Source: Chitinophaga pinensis (lineage in GTDB: Bacteria; Bacteroidota; Bacteroidia; UBA7662; JAIXUI01). From it: 64,000 bases of DNA. How positions within the stretch are numbered: the stretch's first letter is position 1; every line of letters starts with the position of its first letter. Under the pieces are notes generated by a model. That model worked only from the letters and a program-made list of their open reading frames with translations, searched no databases and was not told the DNA's origin. This document shows, piece by piece, positions 30,229 through 39,584 of this stretch. The position numbers were made by a program, and so were the translations under genes. The stretch lies in the NCBI GenBank assembly GCA_943373175.1, contig CALSBM010000001.1, positions 51,298 to 115,297 on the forward strand, written 5' to 3'.

Positions 30229-33200
30229 TTCGTCTCTTCATTAGGTTATTCATGTACCTGTCTACTTTTTGCCTGTAGAATGGTTGTAAATCTAGTGTTT
30301 GACTTTTAAGCCCTTCAAGTTCTCTACTCTTCAATTGCTTAAATACATCAAAGGCTTTTTGCCTGTTAGCTATATTTTGATCTGCTGTGTTGCTCTTTCT
30401 TGTTTCATCTTCTTCCCTCTTGCGTTCAGCTTTATCTGACTCCAACAAACGTGTGAGTATATCTTGCTGGCGATTTAGCGTTTCCTGACTTAAACTTTTA
30501 TTCAAAAGCTCCCTTTCGGTTTGCTCCATTTCTTGCAACGCTTTTTCCATGTAGTTCTGCTCAGGTTTCCCACCTTTTCCTTCCTTCTTAAGCTGATCAT
30601 TCATGCGTTGCAATTCTCTACGAATAGCTTGCTGACGAGCTACCATTTGAGCAAATTCTTTTCCTTGTCCGCTTTGGCGTTGACCTGGTTTTTGACCTTG
30701 CTGTCCCGGTTTTTGCCCGTCTTTCAATTTTTGCATGTCTTCATTTAACTGTTTCTGCAACTTAGAAAGTGCCCCTCCTCCGGGTTTCTTTTTTCCGGGT
30801 TTTGCACATGAACCCTGACCTTGTTGTTGCTGTTGCTGCTGCTGTTGCATTTGCTTAAGTACCTCAGATAACATTACAGCAAGGTTATTTACTGAAGTCA
30901 TCACATACTGTTGTTTTACCTTTGCAACTGGAGTATTTCGAGTGCCAAGTGCTTGTATGGCTCCTTCAATATGCTGATTCATATCACCAACCTCTTTGGT
31001 AATAAAACTTTTTAACTGCATAACTCGCTTAGATAATGCTTGAAGACTATCTTCAATCAAGCGGGCATCGTCCTTAAGTTTAAACTGATCCTGAGCAATT
31101 TTAACATACAACGGCCCGTACTGGGTATTGTCCTTGAGCTTATCTATCAGATTCTCCTGCGCAAAAGAAAGTTTAACCAGATTATCTAACAACATTCTCA
31201 GTGCACGCATATCTTCCTCCATCTCTTGTTGTTCCTGTTGCTGTTTTCTTTGCTTCATGTTTGAAGACATCTGTTGCATTTTCTTTGCGGCTTGCTTCTG
31301 ATTCTTCTTCCCACTTTTCTTATCTCCTTTACTCAGATTCTCCTTCCCTGATTTCATTTCTTGCTCTATCTCCGAAGATTCCTTCTCCATTTCTCCGGTG
31401 TCCATTGGAGATTCGAGCTTTTCGTTTTGCTCTTTCATCTCCTTCATCTCTTCTTTTAATTCACTAAACTCTTTATTGAGATCTTCCTGCTTTTTGAGTT
31501 GTTCTTCCTTCTTGCTGTTATCCTCTTCCGCAAGATCTTCTTGTTTCTTAGCTAATTCATCGAGCTTCTCCATTACTTTATCCATTTTCTGCTCAACGGC
31601 TAACTCCTTAAAGAACTCCAGCATACGATCTAATTCCTTCTGAAGATCTTTGTTGTCTAACTTCATATTTTCCAACTGTTTTTGTAATTCAGCCGGATCT
31701 GATTTACTTTCTTGAAGACGCTGAAGCTCTTCAATTAGCTTTCTTAAATCTTCATTCAAGGTTTTCTCTAACATTTCCTGAAGCTCCTTTTGCTTTTCTA
31801 CTAGTTGCTCTTCCTCAGGATCTGTTTTCTCATTTTGCTTTAAATTCTGCTCTGAAAGCTTTTTAACTTCCTTTAAAGTACTCTCAATTTGTTGCTGCTT
31901 TTTTAGCAATTGATCTACCGCTTTTTTATCCTCCCAGCTCAACTCCTGCTTATCTCGCAACTTCTTTCTCAACTGCTCAGCTTCTTGCTGAATCTTTTTT
32001 GTGTCCTTTACTGCTTCCTTCAAAGAAGCAGTAATTTGATCTGAACGACTTTCGGTTGCCTTCTCCATTTCCTTCACACTTTCCTGTCTGAAACGGAACA
32101 TCTCGCTTCTACTGGATTTTGCTCCATTCACTGCATCGTTATCATAAACTTCAAAAAAGTACTCTACTGTTTGGCCGGGAAGAATCGATAAACTGTTTAA
32201 ATCAAAATAGTGAACGATTCTTTGTTGTAATGATGCAGACTGTAAGGAAAGTTTGCTGGTTTGCCACTTGCCAGATGGTGTATTACCATGGCTTACAATA
32301 TGGTAACGGAATACAAGCTGACTAATGCCATAATCATCTGATATTTCTCCTTCGAAATACCGTACAGCATTGTCCATACTGTCTATCGATTCAAATACAC
32401 GGATACCGGGATATTCGTCTTTTACTACCGTAACACTATAGGCAGCAGAATCTTTCAATATTGATTCTCGGTTAAATGATGAAATGCTGTAGTTAGTTGA
32501 TTGTTTAGCAAGGACTTTAGCTTCAAATCTGTTGCTTTTCAATAACGTAGTAACTGGAATTGATTGATTTGCCCATTTAAGTTGCAAGCTGTCAACGTGT
32601 TCACCTTCAATCAACCAAATCAACTTAGTTCCTTCGGGGACATTGAAATCGCCTCTATCGCTGAAAACTTCATCCTGCTTTTTCAAGTAATCTGGATAAT
32701 CTAACTTGACTATCATGCTTTTGATGACTGGTCTGGGTACAACTTTGAGTAGGTATGACTTCGTTGTAAAACCACCAGACACCATCCGAAACTCTATGTT
32801 TTTCTGAACCTGATTAAAGACATACGAAAAAGCGTTTTTCGCATCCGGATTCATCCTGAATCTCTGGCTTCCTACTTCGAGAATAAGCTCTTGAGGTAAA
32901 ATTTTCCCTGAGGTCTTGACTTCCAGTTTAAAGTCTTCGAACTGTGTGCTTTTCAATGTTTTATTAACAATGGTAATATCAAAAGGTGCTTCAGGTTCAA
33001 ACTCCTCGTTGAATCGCACTAAGCGAGAAGCTGGTTTACTAATCCATTCAGGAGAAATAGCTGAAACAAAAAGAAGTAAGATTAATGGTATTGAGATCCA
33101 ACGGACATGCTTGTAATTTTCCTTAAGATTAATTGCATTAGTAAAAGGAATGGGTCTCAATTGACCAATTTTCTGATCAATGGAGGCAACAAGAAAAACA

Positions 33201-33580
33201 TCTGTTTCTACCTGATTTTCCAATTGCTGCTCCAATTGTAACGTGTTTAGCAGACGGTCCTGAACCTCAGGAAAGTGAAGGCCAATTAATCTGGCGGCTC
33301 CTTCATAAGAAAGCCGTGTACCTATCCTGTTAAGTTTCAACCAAGGAAGTAAAAGCCAGAGAATCAAAAAGTAAAGCCCTGCCGTTATGAAGCAGAAGAA
33401 AAGAATACTTTTCCATAATGGTGACATCCAGAGTAATTGCTCAGCAAAAACCATTAGAAGGAAAATGGAGATAATGCTACCTGTGAAAAATAGTCCTCCT
33501 CTAATTATTCTATTCTTGTAGTACTTTCGGATATAAGACTCCAGCTTATCCTTTAAGCTAATAAACTCCCTGCTCTGCAT
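30206..33580 (-). CDS. large membrane-anchored coiled-coil protein with K/E-rich low-complexity region and polyQ tract
   Basis: 1124 aa; two N-terminal TM helices, a beta-rich middle region, then about 500 aa of heptad-rich K/E/Q coiled coil ending with Q9 and a G/K/Q-rich segment. Confidence 0.6.
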   Translation of the reverse strand: MQSREFISLKDKLESYIRKYYKNRIIRGGLFFTGSIISIFLLMVFAEQLLWMSPLWKSILFFCFITAGLYFLILWLLLPWLKLNRIGTRLSYEGAARLIGLHFPEVQDRLLNTLQLEQQLENQVETDVFLVASIDQKIGQLRPIPFTNAINLKENYKHVRWISIPLILLLFVSAISPEWISKPASRLVRFNEEFEPEAPFDITIVNKTLKSTQFEDFKLEVKTSGKILPQELILEVGSQRFRMNPDAKNAFSYVFNQVQKNIEFRMVSGGFTTKSYLLKVVPRPVIKSMIVKLDYPDYLKKQDEVFSDRGDFNVPEGTKLIWLIEGEHVDSLQLKWANQSIPVTTLLKSNRFEAKVLAKQSTNYSISSFNRESILKDSAAYSVTVVKDEYPGIRVFESIDSMDNAVRYFEGEISDDYGISQLVFRYHIVSHGNTPSGKWQTSKLSLQSASLQQRIVHYFDLNSLSILPGQTVEYFFEVYDNDAVNGAKSSRSEMFRFRQESVKEMEKATESRSDQITASLKEAVKDTKKIQQEAEQLRKKLRDKQELSWEDKKAVDQLLKKQQQIESTLKEVKKLSEQNLKQNEKTDPEEEQLVEKQKELQEMLEKTLNEDLRKLIEELQRLQESKSDPAELQKQLENMKLDNKDLQKELDRMLEFFKELAVEQKMDKVMEKLDELAKKQEDLAEEDNSKKEEQLKKQEDLNKEFSELKEEMKEMKEQNEKLESPMDTGEMEKESSEIEQEMKSGKENLSKGDKKSGKKNQKQAAKKMQQMSSNMKQRKQQQEQQEMEEDMRALRMLLDNLVKLSFAQENLIDKLKDNTQYGPLYVKIAQDQFKLKDDARLIEDSLQALSKRVMQLKSFITKEVGDMNQHIEGAIQALGTRNTPVAKVKQQYVMTSVNNLAVMLSEVLKQMQQQQQQQQQGQGSCAKPGKKKPGGGALSKLQKQLNEDMQKLKDGQKPGQQGQKPGQRQSGQGKEFAQMVARQQAIRRELQRMNDQLKKEGKGGKPEQNYMEKALQEMEQTERELLNKSLSQETLNRQQDILTRLLESDKAERKREEDETRKSNTADQNIANRQKAFDVFKQLKSRELEGLKSQTLDLQPFYRQKVDRYMNNLMKRRSDGANRF
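30830..30856 (-). repeat. (CAA/CAG)9 trinucleotide microsatellite encoding Q9
   Basis: Plus strand reads TTGTTGTTGCTGTTGCTGCTGCTGTTG, in frame within the 30206..33580 gene. Confidence 0.8.
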
Positions 33581-33583
33581 AAT

Positions 33584-34354
33584 TTAAAGAAGATAATCTG
33601 TAACAACTGGACAATGATCAGAATGAACAGCGTGCGAGTGCATTGAAGAAGTGGAAAGAAAAGGGACTAATTCATCTGTAACAAATTGATAATCAATCCT
33701 CCATCCTTTATTATTACCTCTTGCACCAGCTCTAAAAGTCCACCAACTGTATGCGCCTTTGGCATCAGGATTCAGGTACCTGAAAGTATCTGTCATTCCA
33801 TTAGAAACCCATCGGTCCATCCATTCCCTCTCCTCGGGTAAAAATCCACTGGATTTTACGTTTCTCACAGGATCATGAATGTCAATCGGTTTATGGCATA
33901 TATTGAAATCTCCAGCCACAATCAACCGAGGTATTTCTTTTCTAACATCCTGAATATAAGGGAGAAACCACTCCAACATACTCATTTTAAACGCTTGTCT
34001 TTCCTCTCCTGAAGTTCCAGAGGGTAAATAAACTGAGAGAATAGAAAAGGAATCGAAATCCATTCTAATTCCTCTTCCTTCCCTGTCGTACAAGCTGTTT
34101 CCAAATCCCACCCCCACGTTTTTGAATGGAATTCTGGAAATTAAAGCCACACCGCTATATCCTTTCTTTTCGGAAGGATGAATGCGAACCTGATAGCCCA
34201 TTTCTTCGAAAGGTTTCACATCAAAGTAATTCTCATCTGCCTTTATTTCCTGAAGGCACAAAACATCGGGCTGAGCTTCCCTAATCCAGTCAATAAGTCC
34301 TTTCGCTAAGGCAGAACGGATTCCGTTAACATTGTATGTAGCAACACGAATCAC
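33584..34354 (-). CDS. xth: exodeoxyribonuclease III
   Basis: YNVNGIRSA...LCLQEIK N-terminus and a C-terminal SDHCPV motif of the EEP nuclease family, 256 aa. Confidence 0.85.
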   Translation of the reverse strand: MIRVATYNVNGIRSALAKGLIDWIREAQPDVLCLQEIKADENYFDVKPFEEMGYQVRIHPSEKKGYSGVALISRIPFKNVGVGFGNSLYDREGRGIRMDFDSFSILSVYLPSGTSGEERQAFKMSMLEWFLPYIQDVRKEIPRLIVAGDFNICHKPIDIHDPVRNVKSSGFLPEEREWMDRWVSNGMTDTFRYLNPDAKGAYSWWTFRAGARGNNKGWRIDYQFVTDELVPFLSTSSMHSHAVHSDHCPVVTDYLL

Positions 34355-35052
34355 TTTTTGAGTATCCTTACTTTCATGGCAAGATCTTCAACTGGTCGAT
34401 CGCCAGGCTTTGTAGCAACCGCTGCAATTTTATCTAAAACTTCGAAACCAGAAACAATCTGACCAAATACTGTGTATCCCCCATCCAAATGAGGCGTACC
34501 TCCTGCTTTTGCATAAGTTGCCTTTTGCTCCTGCGTATAAGTTCTTCCGGATTGAGCTGCCATCATGGTAAGTTGCTCAGGTGGAACTGGTGCTCCTTGT
34601 ACAATATAGAACTGACTTCCAGATGATTCTTTTTTCGGGTTTACAAAATCACCGAGTCGAGCAGCAGCAAGCGCACCTTTTCTATGATAAAGGGTATCAA
34701 CAAACTCAGCGGGAATAGTATAGCCCGGGCCTCCATTTCCAAGAGCTTTATCAGGAGTAGCGTTTCGGGAGTCTGGATCCCCGCCTTGAATCATAAAATT
34801 TCTTATGATTCGATGAAATAGAGTACCATCGTAATACCCTTCATTAGCGAGTTTAATGAAATTATCCCGATGCAATGGGGTGCAGTTGTACAACACTGCT
34901 ATCATGGTTCCCAAAGGAGTTTGGATCTCAACTTTGGTAAGCTTTTCAGCTTTAGCCTTTTTTCCTCTACCAGGTTTTGAGCTTTTGATTGACTGCGCCT
35001 CAGACGAAAAAGCCAGACCAACAACGAGTAAAAACAGAATGATTCTTTTCAT
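34351..35052 (-). CDS. secreted cyclophilin-type peptidyl-prolyl cis-trans isomerase
   Basis: Signal peptide; FHRIIRNFMIQGGDP cyclophilin signature; 233 aa. Confidence 0.85.
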   Translation of the reverse strand: MKRIILFLLVVGLAFSSEAQSIKSSKPGRGKKAKAEKLTKVEIQTPLGTMIAVLYNCTPLHRDNFIKLANEGYYDGTLFHRIIRNFMIQGGDPDSRNATPDKALGNGGPGYTIPAEFVDTLYHRKGALAAARLGDFVNPKKESSGSQFYIVQGAPVPPEQLTMMAAQSGRTYTQEQKATYAKAGGTPHLDGGYTVFGQIVSGFEVLDKIAAVATKPGDRPVEDLAMKVRILKK

Positions 35053-35063
35053 GCGTATTAAAG

Positions 35064-35426
35064 TTAAAGGGAGATATCTGCTTCTAAAAAGTTAATTTGT
35101 TGAAAGTGGTAAACCACGTGTGCTTTAATTAAATCTTCCTGCTCAAGCAAGTTCAAAGTGCTTATAGGCTTAAGCATGGTGTAATGCGGCCATCCTTCCT
35201 CATCAAGGCCGGCCAACTCATAGTAATCGGAATAACTCAACACTTTGCACACTCCAATATGCATTAAGTCCTGCTTTTCTTCTTTACTGAACTTATTCTT
35301 GCTCAGACTTAACTCGTCCAAGCCAATAAGAAAGAGTATTGCCTGTAAATCAGGCTCCTTTCCAAAAGGCTCAGAGAGTTTCATGGACAACGTTTTAAAA
35401 AGAAGTTCAATTTCAGGGTTCTTCAT
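35064..35426 (-). CDS. hypothetical protein
   Basis: 120 aa ORF with a start 4 nt before the upstream gene stop; no motif recognised. Confidence 0.3.
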   Translation of the reverse strand: MKNPEIELLFKTLSMKLSEPFGKEPDLQAILFLIGLDELSLSKNKFSKEEKQDLMHIGVCKVLSYSDYYELAGLDEEGWPHYTMLKPISTLNLLEQEDLIKAHVVYHFQQINFLEADISL

Positions 35427-36190
35427 AAGTTAAGGGTAAAGTTATCGGCACTTTGATGAAAGGGAAAGCGAGTTTTAAAGTTATTTAGTTCATCAATCTT
35501 AATTTCGTAAAATTCCATAATATCTTCTGAATCTGAAAAATTAAGTCTCTGTCCATCAAACTGATATAGAGCAGAATGGCCGTTGTAAGAAATGTTATAA
35601 CCGTCTATTCCTGTCCGATTAACGCCCAATACATAACATTGATTCTCAATTGCTCTAGCAGTAAGCAACTGATCCCAAGCAAAAATTCGGGATTGTGGCC
35701 AATTTGCAACGTAAATTAAAAGATCAGCAGTTGTGCTTCTACTCCAAACCGGAAATCGAAGATCAAAACAAACAAGCGGACGTACATTTACACCTTTCCA
35801 CTCAAAATCTAACAGAAAATTACCTGCTGTATAATGCTTATCTTCTCCTGCATAGACAAAAAGGTGGCGTTTATCGTAGTACTTATGGGTATCGTGCGGA
35901 AATGCTACGTGTAGTCGGTTAAAGTATTGCCCATTTTCTTTCGTTATCCAACTTCCCATTATCGCCGCTTTTAATCTATCCGCTTCGCATTGAAGCCATT
36001 GAAGAGTTACCGAGTAATTTTCCTCCGCAAGCGATTCAGGTTCCATACAAAAACCGGTTGTAAACATCTCTGGCAGTACCACCAAGTCCACTTCACCAGG
36101 ATTTAGTTTCGCAAGGTGTTTACTGAAATGTTGTAGGTTTCCAGCTCCATCCTTCCAAAGTAATGGCGATTGTATCCAACAGAGTTTCAC
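35423..36190 (-). CDS. carbon-nitrogen hydrolase family protein (omega-amidase YafV-like)
   Basis: E-K-C triad context (VLPEMFTTGF and a catalytic Cys region), 255 aa, coupled to the aminotransferase gene. Confidence 0.65.
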   Translation of the reverse strand: MKLCWIQSPLLWKDGAGNLQHFSKHLAKLNPGEVDLVVLPEMFTTGFCMEPESLAEENYSVTLQWLQCEADRLKAAIMGSWITKENGQYFNRLHVAFPHDTHKYYDKRHLFVYAGEDKHYTAGNFLLDFEWKGVNVRPLVCFDLRFPVWSRSTTADLLIYVANWPQSRIFAWDQLLTARAIENQCYVLGVNRTGIDGYNISYNGHSALYQFDGQRLNFSDSEDIMEFYEIKIDELNNFKTRFPFHQSADNFTLNL

Positions 36191-37359
36191 AATTGTTTCA
36201 TTCGATTAATAGCCTCCAATAAGGTTTCTTCTTTCTTAGCAAAACAGAAACGAACCAATTTTGAAGCTGGATTTTGGTGGTAAAATGGTGAAAGAGGCAC
36301 TAAAGCAACACCAACTTCTTTACATAACCATTCTGTAAATGCGATATCATCTAAAGAACTGATTGAAGAATAATCGGCGAGAAAAAAGTATGTTCCTTGA
36401 GGTTGCAAAATTTTGAAAGGCGTATCCTTTAATCCCTCGATCAGAAAATCTCGCTTTTTCTCATAAAATGCTCCAAGAGTTCTATCACTATTGTCGATTG
36501 AAAGAAAATCTGCATAAGCCTTCTGAGCTGGTGTATTAACAGAAAATACAGTAAACTGATGAGCCTTTCGAAACTCTACCATTAATTCCGCAGGTGCACA
36601 AACATAACCTACCTTCCATCCGGTAGTATGGTATGTCTTTCCAAAAGAAGAGACTACTAGTGCTTTATTTCTTATCCGAGGATGTGAAGACAGACTTAAA
36701 TGTTGATATCCATCGAACAGAATATGTTCGTAAACCTCATCGCTTAGAATTAGAATACCATTCTCGCACGTGAGCCGATCCAATTGTTGAATATCACCTT
36801 CTGTAAAAACTACACCGGTTGGATTATGGGGAGAATTTACCACGATCATCCTGGTTCTCTTGTTGATACTGCGTTCAACCAACTCCCAATCGTAGAGAAA
36901 ATCAGGTGCTTTAAGAGGAATATGTACCGGAACCCCTCCTTGAAGTTTTATTGAAGGTGCATAACTGTCGTAAGAAGGATCAAACAATATCACTTCGTCG
37001 CCCTTTTGGATAAAGGCTGAAAATGCCGTGAATAACGCTTGCGTTGCCCCGGAAGTTATCGTTATCTCCGTAATTGGGTTGTATTGAACTTGATACAACT
37101 GTCCAATCTTTTGAGAAATTTGAGTTCTTAAAATGGGCAATCCATCTGATGGTGCATACTGGTTGAATCCTTCCGCCATAGCCCTGCTGAATGCTTCCAC
37201 TAATTGTTCTGGTGGATTGAAATCAGGAAAACCCTGCGCAAGATTTACAGCTTCGTATTCAGCAGCGAGTTTAGACATCTTAGAGAAGATGCTTATGCCA
37301 GCAGTCGGTAATTTGGAATTGATGGGGTAAGGATAATGAAGCATTGAATAACTACCCAA
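36187..37359 (-). CDS. class I/II aminotransferase (methionine aminotransferase YbdL-like)
   Basis: NLAQGFPDF N-terminal motif, PLP-lysine region SFGKTYHTTGWKVGY, 390 aa. Confidence 0.7.
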   Translation of the reverse strand: MGSYSMLHYPYPINSKLPTAGISIFSKMSKLAAEYEAVNLAQGFPDFNPPEQLVEAFSRAMAEGFNQYAPSDGLPILRTQISQKIGQLYQVQYNPITEITITSGATQALFTAFSAFIQKGDEVILFDPSYDSYAPSIKLQGGVPVHIPLKAPDFLYDWELVERSINKRTRMIVVNSPHNPTGVVFTEGDIQQLDRLTCENGILILSDEVYEHILFDGYQHLSLSSHPRIRNKALVVSSFGKTYHTTGWKVGYVCAPAELMVEFRKAHQFTVFSVNTPAQKAYADFLSIDNSDRTLGAFYEKKRDFLIEGLKDTPFKILQPQGTYFFLADYSSISSLDDIAFTEWLCKEVGVALVPLSPFYHQNPASKLVRFCFAKKEETLLEAINRMKQL

Positions 37360-37367
37360 TTTATTGA

Positions 37368-38372
37368 TTAAAGACCTAAACTGCCAGATAATTCTAGCAT
37401 TCTGCGAATAGGTTTCTCTGCAGCAGCTCTCAGTGATTCTTCCATCTCTATTGTTGGCTTACCGTATTTTAATGCGAGGTAAATCTTCTCTAAGGTATTG
37501 CGCTTCATGTGTGGGCAATCGTTACAAGCGCAACCATTGTTAGGAGGAGCTGGAATAAACTTTTTATGAGGTGCCGCTTTTTCCATCTGATGAAGAATAC
37601 CGGTTTCGGTAGCAACAATAAAAGACGTCGCCTTTGATTTCAAACTGTAGTTCAACAAAGCCGTGGTACTTCCGATAAACGATGCCAGTTCCAATATATC
37701 TGCTTCGCATTCAGGATGCGCAATAAATTCTGCTTCTGGGTTTAACTCCATCAGCTTTTTGATTTTGTCCAAAGAGAATATTTCATGTACCTGACATGCG
37801 CCATTCCACAAAAGCATATTTCTTCCTGTCTTCTTATTAACGTAAGCCCCTAAGTTCTTATCAGGAGCAAAAATGATAGGCTGATTAACTGAAAGACTTT
37901 CTACAATTTGAACTGCATTGGAAGAAGTGCATATAATGTCTGATAAGGCTTTAACATCGGCAGTGCAGTTGATATAAGAGATTACCAAGTGATCCGGATT
38001 AGCTTCTTTAAACTTTTTGAAAGCATCAGCAGGTGCCGAATCAGCTAATGAACACCCAGCTTTCAAATCCGGAAGGAGTACGATTTTTCTGGGATTAAGA
38101 ATTTTAGCAGTTTCCGCCATAAAATGAACTCCTGCAAAAAGAATAACCTCTGCTTCAGTCGAAGCGGCTTGCTGCGCTAAGCCCAAGCTATCGCCTATAT
38201 AATCTGCAATATCCTGTATATCACCAGTCTGATAGTAATGTGCGAGGATTATCGCATTCTTCTCTTTCTTCAACAAAGTAATTTCATCCAGCAGGTTAAG
38301 GCGAGGAGAAACCGGCACGTCGAGAAAACCATTCTCTTCAAGCTTTTCCACAGCAAACACCAGGGTACTCAT
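37368..38372 (-). CDS. nadA: quinolinate synthase A
   Basis: 334 aa with the NadA triple-repeat architecture and conserved Cys ligands ([15 protein letters not shown] region). Confidence 0.85.
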   Translation of the reverse strand: MSTLVFAVEKLEENGFLDVPVSPRLNLLDEITLLKKEKNAIILAHYYQTGDIQDIADYIGDSLGLAQQAASTEAEVILFAGVHFMAETAKILNPRKIVLLPDLKAGCSLADSAPADAFKKFKEANPDHLVISYINCTADVKALSDIICTSSNAVQIVESLSVNQPIIFAPDKNLGAYVNKKTGRNMLLWNGACQVHEIFSLDKIKKLMELNPEAEFIAHPECEADILELASFIGSTTALLNYSLKSKATSFIVATETGILHQMEKAAPHKKFIPAPPNNGCACNDCPHMKRNTLEKIYLALKYGKPTIEMEESLRAAAEKPIRRMLELSGSLGL

Positions 38373-38413
38373 GATTATTAATCTTTTTTATAAAACATCC
38401 CAATCATCATCAT

Positions 38414-38727
38414 GGTGTGGAAATGGGGTAAAAGTTTTGAAAATTTCTTTTGGACAGAAGTAATACACTTAAAGTTTGAGCTTATCCACAGAAGTTTATG
38501 ACCTATATTCAAGATTTACAAGCAGATGCAACTTTATACACATGGTTGTGGAAAAAGTACGTTAGGCAGCATTTCGAGAAACAGGACACGCACAAAAAGT
38601 GGATAAAATCATTCGTCGGTGGATAAAGGTAGTACTTGATGGATAGATGTTTTTTTTGCTGAACAACCATGCACAAAGCGCAGAAGTTGAGTTCATATTA
38701 TCCACATCTATTTGAGCGATATCCACA
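38414..38727. promoter_or_regulatory. cluster of DnaA-box-like 9-mers (candidate oriC or DnaA-regulated region)
   Basis: Perfect TTATCCACA at 38482..38490 and 38698..38706; 8/9 matches at 38547..38555 (TGTGGAAAA), 38598..38606 (AGTGGATAA), 38618..38626 (GGTGGATAA), 38719..38727 (ATATCCACA); 7/9 at 38414..38422; AT-rich flank at 38373..38400. Confidence 0.5.
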
Positions 38728-38728
38728 T

Positions 38729-38938
38729 TTAAGGAACAGGGTCGTAGCCATGTCCACCCCACGGATGACAGCGCATAATTCGTTTTAATGCAAGCCAAAA
38801 GCCTTTGAATGAGCCATGTTTTTGGACCGCTTGAAAGGCATAAGCCGAGCAAGTTGGTGTAAATCTGCAACTATTGGGAAGCCATGGAGACAGGACTAAT
38901 TGATAGGCTTTAATCAATCCTAATAGTAGCCAGCGCAT
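38729..38938 (-). CDS. yidD: membrane protein insertion efficiency factor YidD
   Basis: [11 protein letters not shown]...HG...G..L...[15 protein letters not shown] family signature; start taken at the internal MRWLLLGL; the 38562..38870 ORF that overlaps it is spurious. Confidence 0.75.
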   Translation of the reverse strand: MRWLLLGLIKAYQLVLSPWLPNSCRFTPTCSAYAFQAVQKHGSFKGFWLALKRIMRCHPWGGHGYDPVP

Positions 38939-39335
38939 GATAATGAATTTTACGAAGGATTTTTTCCCAAGTAATGGGAATGGACGGGTGTTGAGGTAAA
39001 TCCTGATGGATGTAATGTAACGCAATCAAAAGCAGCTCCCCCGAGCTTAAAGCATCTTGTTCAAGTTGAGAAGGAAAGTTTAAACGAACGGATTCTCTCA
39101 ACACTCGTTTTATCCGGTTACGTTCAACGGCGTGTTTGAAGCGGCGTTTCGATACGTTAACTAAAATCTGAACGCCAGGATTTTGCGCCTGTTGGACTCG
39201 GATTAATTTAGCACGTAGGGGAAACAAAAAAAAATCAGTGCCGCTGTAATGCAGAACCTCGATTAGTTTTCTGCTTTTCAGCCGCACTGATTGTGGAAAG
39301 AGGGTCGGCCTGGTGTTATCAGACCCGCCGTTCAT
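38910..39335 (-). CDS. rnpA: ribonuclease P protein component
   Basis: [10 protein letters not shown] and [17 protein letters not shown] RnpA motifs; start ATG 1 nt after the rpmH stop. Confidence 0.75.
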   Translation of the reverse strand: MNGGSDNTRPTLFPQSVRLKSRKLIEVLHYSGTDFFLFPLRAKLIRVQQAQNPGVQILVNVSKRRFKHAVERNRIKRVLRESVRLNFPSQLEQDALSSGELLLIALHYIHQDLPQHPSIPITWEKILRKIHYHALATIRID

Positions 39336-39336
39336 A

Positions 39337-39495
39337 TCAGAACTTATGGCGCTTCTCGTCGGAGACGGTCAGCTTTTTACGGCCTTTAGCTCTCCGGCGG
39401 GCAAGTACATTTCGACCATTGGCCGTGGCCATCCGTTCGCGGAAGCCATGCTTGTTCCTTCTCTTTCTGAGTGAGGGTTGGAATGTGCGTTTCAT
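39337..39495 (-). CDS. rpmH: 50S ribosomal protein L34
   Basis: Manual translation gives [52 protein letters not shown] (52 aa); missing from the ORF track because it is under 60 aa. Confidence 0.85.
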   Translation of the reverse strand: MKRTFQPSLRKRRNKHGFRERMATANGRNVLARRRAKGRKKLTVSDEKRHKF

Positions 39496-39584
39496 TGCCG
39501 TTTATGATAGGGAGTGCAAAAGTACAATAACTGCATTCAAAACCAAATCTTCAAAGAAGATAAAATGAAGTTATCGACAAGTTT

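Noticed and set aside
31201-31643. Plus-strand ORFs (88 and 81 aa) with Ser/Leu/Phe-rich low-complexity translations
   Set aside because: They are the antisense reading of the K/E-rich coiled-coil region of the 30206..33580 gene, a frame artefact of the AAG/GAA-rich sequence.
38373-38727. Calling the DnaA-box cluster a definite oriC
   Set aside because: No dnaA/dnaN nearby and no gene-orientation switch across the site; reported as a candidate only.
38562-38870. 102-aa minus-strand ORF between nadA and yidD
   Set aside because: Overlaps the bona fide yidD reading frame (different frame) and the DnaA-box region, and has no motif; yidD (38729..38938) explains the coding signal.
39293-39568. 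91-aa plus-strand ORF
   Set aside because: Lies antisense to rpmH, whose L34 translation is unambiguous.
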